Shown here: in pieces, positions 62,700-64,000 of the stretch
How positions within the stretch are numbered: position 1 is the first letter of the stretch
Layout of the letters: each line of letters starts with the position of its first letter
Made by a program: the position numbers and the translations under genes
Notes under the pieces: model-generated
Told to the model about the DNA's origin: nothing
Databases searched by the model: none
The model's input: only the letters and a program-made list of their open reading frames with translations
Assembly (NCBI RefSeq): GCF_004010195.1
Contig: NC_057726.1
Location: forward strand, 69,240,608 to 69,304,607
DNA from: Chiloscyllium plagiosum
Taxonomy: Eukaryota
Reading direction: 5' to 3'
DNA length: 64,000 nucleotides

Positions 62700-63457
62700 G
62701 TAAGAATCAGATTCTATAAACGCTACCGAGTATTGAGGACTACTTCAGATGCAATGTCCTGCTGAGTAACTGTCAAATGGCGCCTATGTACCCTGCCCCA
62801 ACGGTGTCTTCAATTTGATGCCACTGTATCAATTATTGATATCTCCAACTGGGGGGGGGGGACACTCAGATGAAAACATAGAACATAGAACAACAGAGTA
62901 CAGGAACAGGCCCTTCAGCCTGCCAAGTCTGTGCCGATGATGATAATGCCATTGCAAACGAATCCCGAATGCCTGCACGTGATTGGTATCCCTTTATTGT
63001 CTGGGTGATAGAACATAAAGGGGCACAAAACCACCAAAAATGGGTCCTGGTATGACTAGCAGTCGAATTACTTGCTTGCTCTCCAGCAGGATTGGATTGC
63101 TGCTTGAACTAAAAGTTCAGTATTCCGCCCAACGCCACCCTTCCCTCCGTTATCTCTCAATGCGGGATTGCAGCGGCGTTAACCTCTGTCAGCATGATTC
63201 ATGTTTTACACTGAATGCAACAATGGTTTCAAATTTTAACCTGTTAATTGAGTCAGATTATATCCAATCTACATCATGAGATTTATTCTTAACCCAGATG
63301 CTTGTAATTTACCAGAATGGATGAATAATTTTACGTAGACTTCTTAATTATTCTTTGGCCATTCAGAGGAAATACCGCTGTGATATTGGTTGTAACATTT
63401 TAATATGTAATTGCAATAGAATTAAAGTACTTGTTGATTGATTTATATCTCATTTAG

Positions 63458-63501
63458 GAACATGCAGAAAACCAGAAGAGTGTAATCAGCACAATGAGCA
63501 G
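63458..63501 (+). CDS. Gene C cytoplasmic micro-exon (44 nt, phase 1->0); gene continues beyond the window
   Basis: Acceptor tatctcatttag|, donor GAGCAG|gtaggt. (G)TCRKPEECNQHNEQ. Confidence 0.8.
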
Positions 63502-64000
63502 GTAGGTCACTGGCAGCTACTATTGAAAAAGTAGTTACACTGACATTTCAAGCAGCATCGCGATATTTTACCAGCTATCCCAACTGTTTCAATTCCCTGA
63601 ATGTCTGTGCGGTTAAAAAGTACCAAGAGACAGTACAGTACTGTCGTCCAATGCAAGGAGTCAGATTACAAAGGAAAAAAGATTGTGTTTCAAGTTAAAA
63701 CCATTAGCAGCATTGTTTGAATATAGTTAATCACTCTGGAGGAACACTTTAGATTAAAGGGTTTAGGGACTTAATGTGGCAGGAGAAAATGTATTAAGGA
63801 GATTGATTCAGAATACACTCTGTTGGATCAAATGGCATATTTCAGTGATGGGAATTGAAGTAAAATATATTGATAAGCAATAACTATAATTAAGAGATGG
63901 CTGACTAGCATTGAAAAAGATACTTTCATCTCCAAGTTGAAAGTATATCGGGTAGATATAATCACAGAAGAGACACAAAATATATTGCAACGCAATTCTA

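Noticed and set aside
7283-63501. Assigning a gene symbol (NCR3, SIRPA, TAPBP)
   Set aside because: Resemblance is at motif and architecture level only; orthology needs a phylogeny.

Overview
Vertebrate genomic DNA, almost certainly from an elasmobranch (shark), inferred from HE1-type tRNA-derived SINEs and dense CR1 LINE and Penelope-like element (PLE) remnants. It contains one 811-nt assembly gap. Between the repeats lies a cluster of three paralogous multi-exon immunoglobulin-superfamily receptor genes that the ORF track shows only in fragments. Their shared architecture is leader, germline-joined VJ-type V domain, one C1-set domain, transmembrane (TM) segment and tyrosine-motif tail. Gene A (+, 7283-14908; leader and V not found, presumably upstream of the window) has an uncharged TM and ITIM/ITSM/ITIM motifs, so it looks inhibitory. 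Gene B (-, 42972-28731) has a Gly->Arg change in the TM, a frameshifted ITIM exon with a Tyr->Phe change, and a C1 exon lacking a normal acceptor. It therefore resembles an inhibitory receptor being converted to an activating or decoy NKp30/KIR2DL4-like form, though it may be a pseudogene. Gene C (+, 52590 to beyond the window end) has intact L-V-C1-TM and first tail exons and lies head-to-head with gene B. The best candidate novel system is a shark paired inhibitory/activating VJ-C1 receptor family whose tail frame could be switched by micro-exon splicing. Several PLE fragments carry minimal hammerhead ribozyme cores. Exon models were built by hand from splice signals, phase and paralog alignment; repeat boundaries are approximate.
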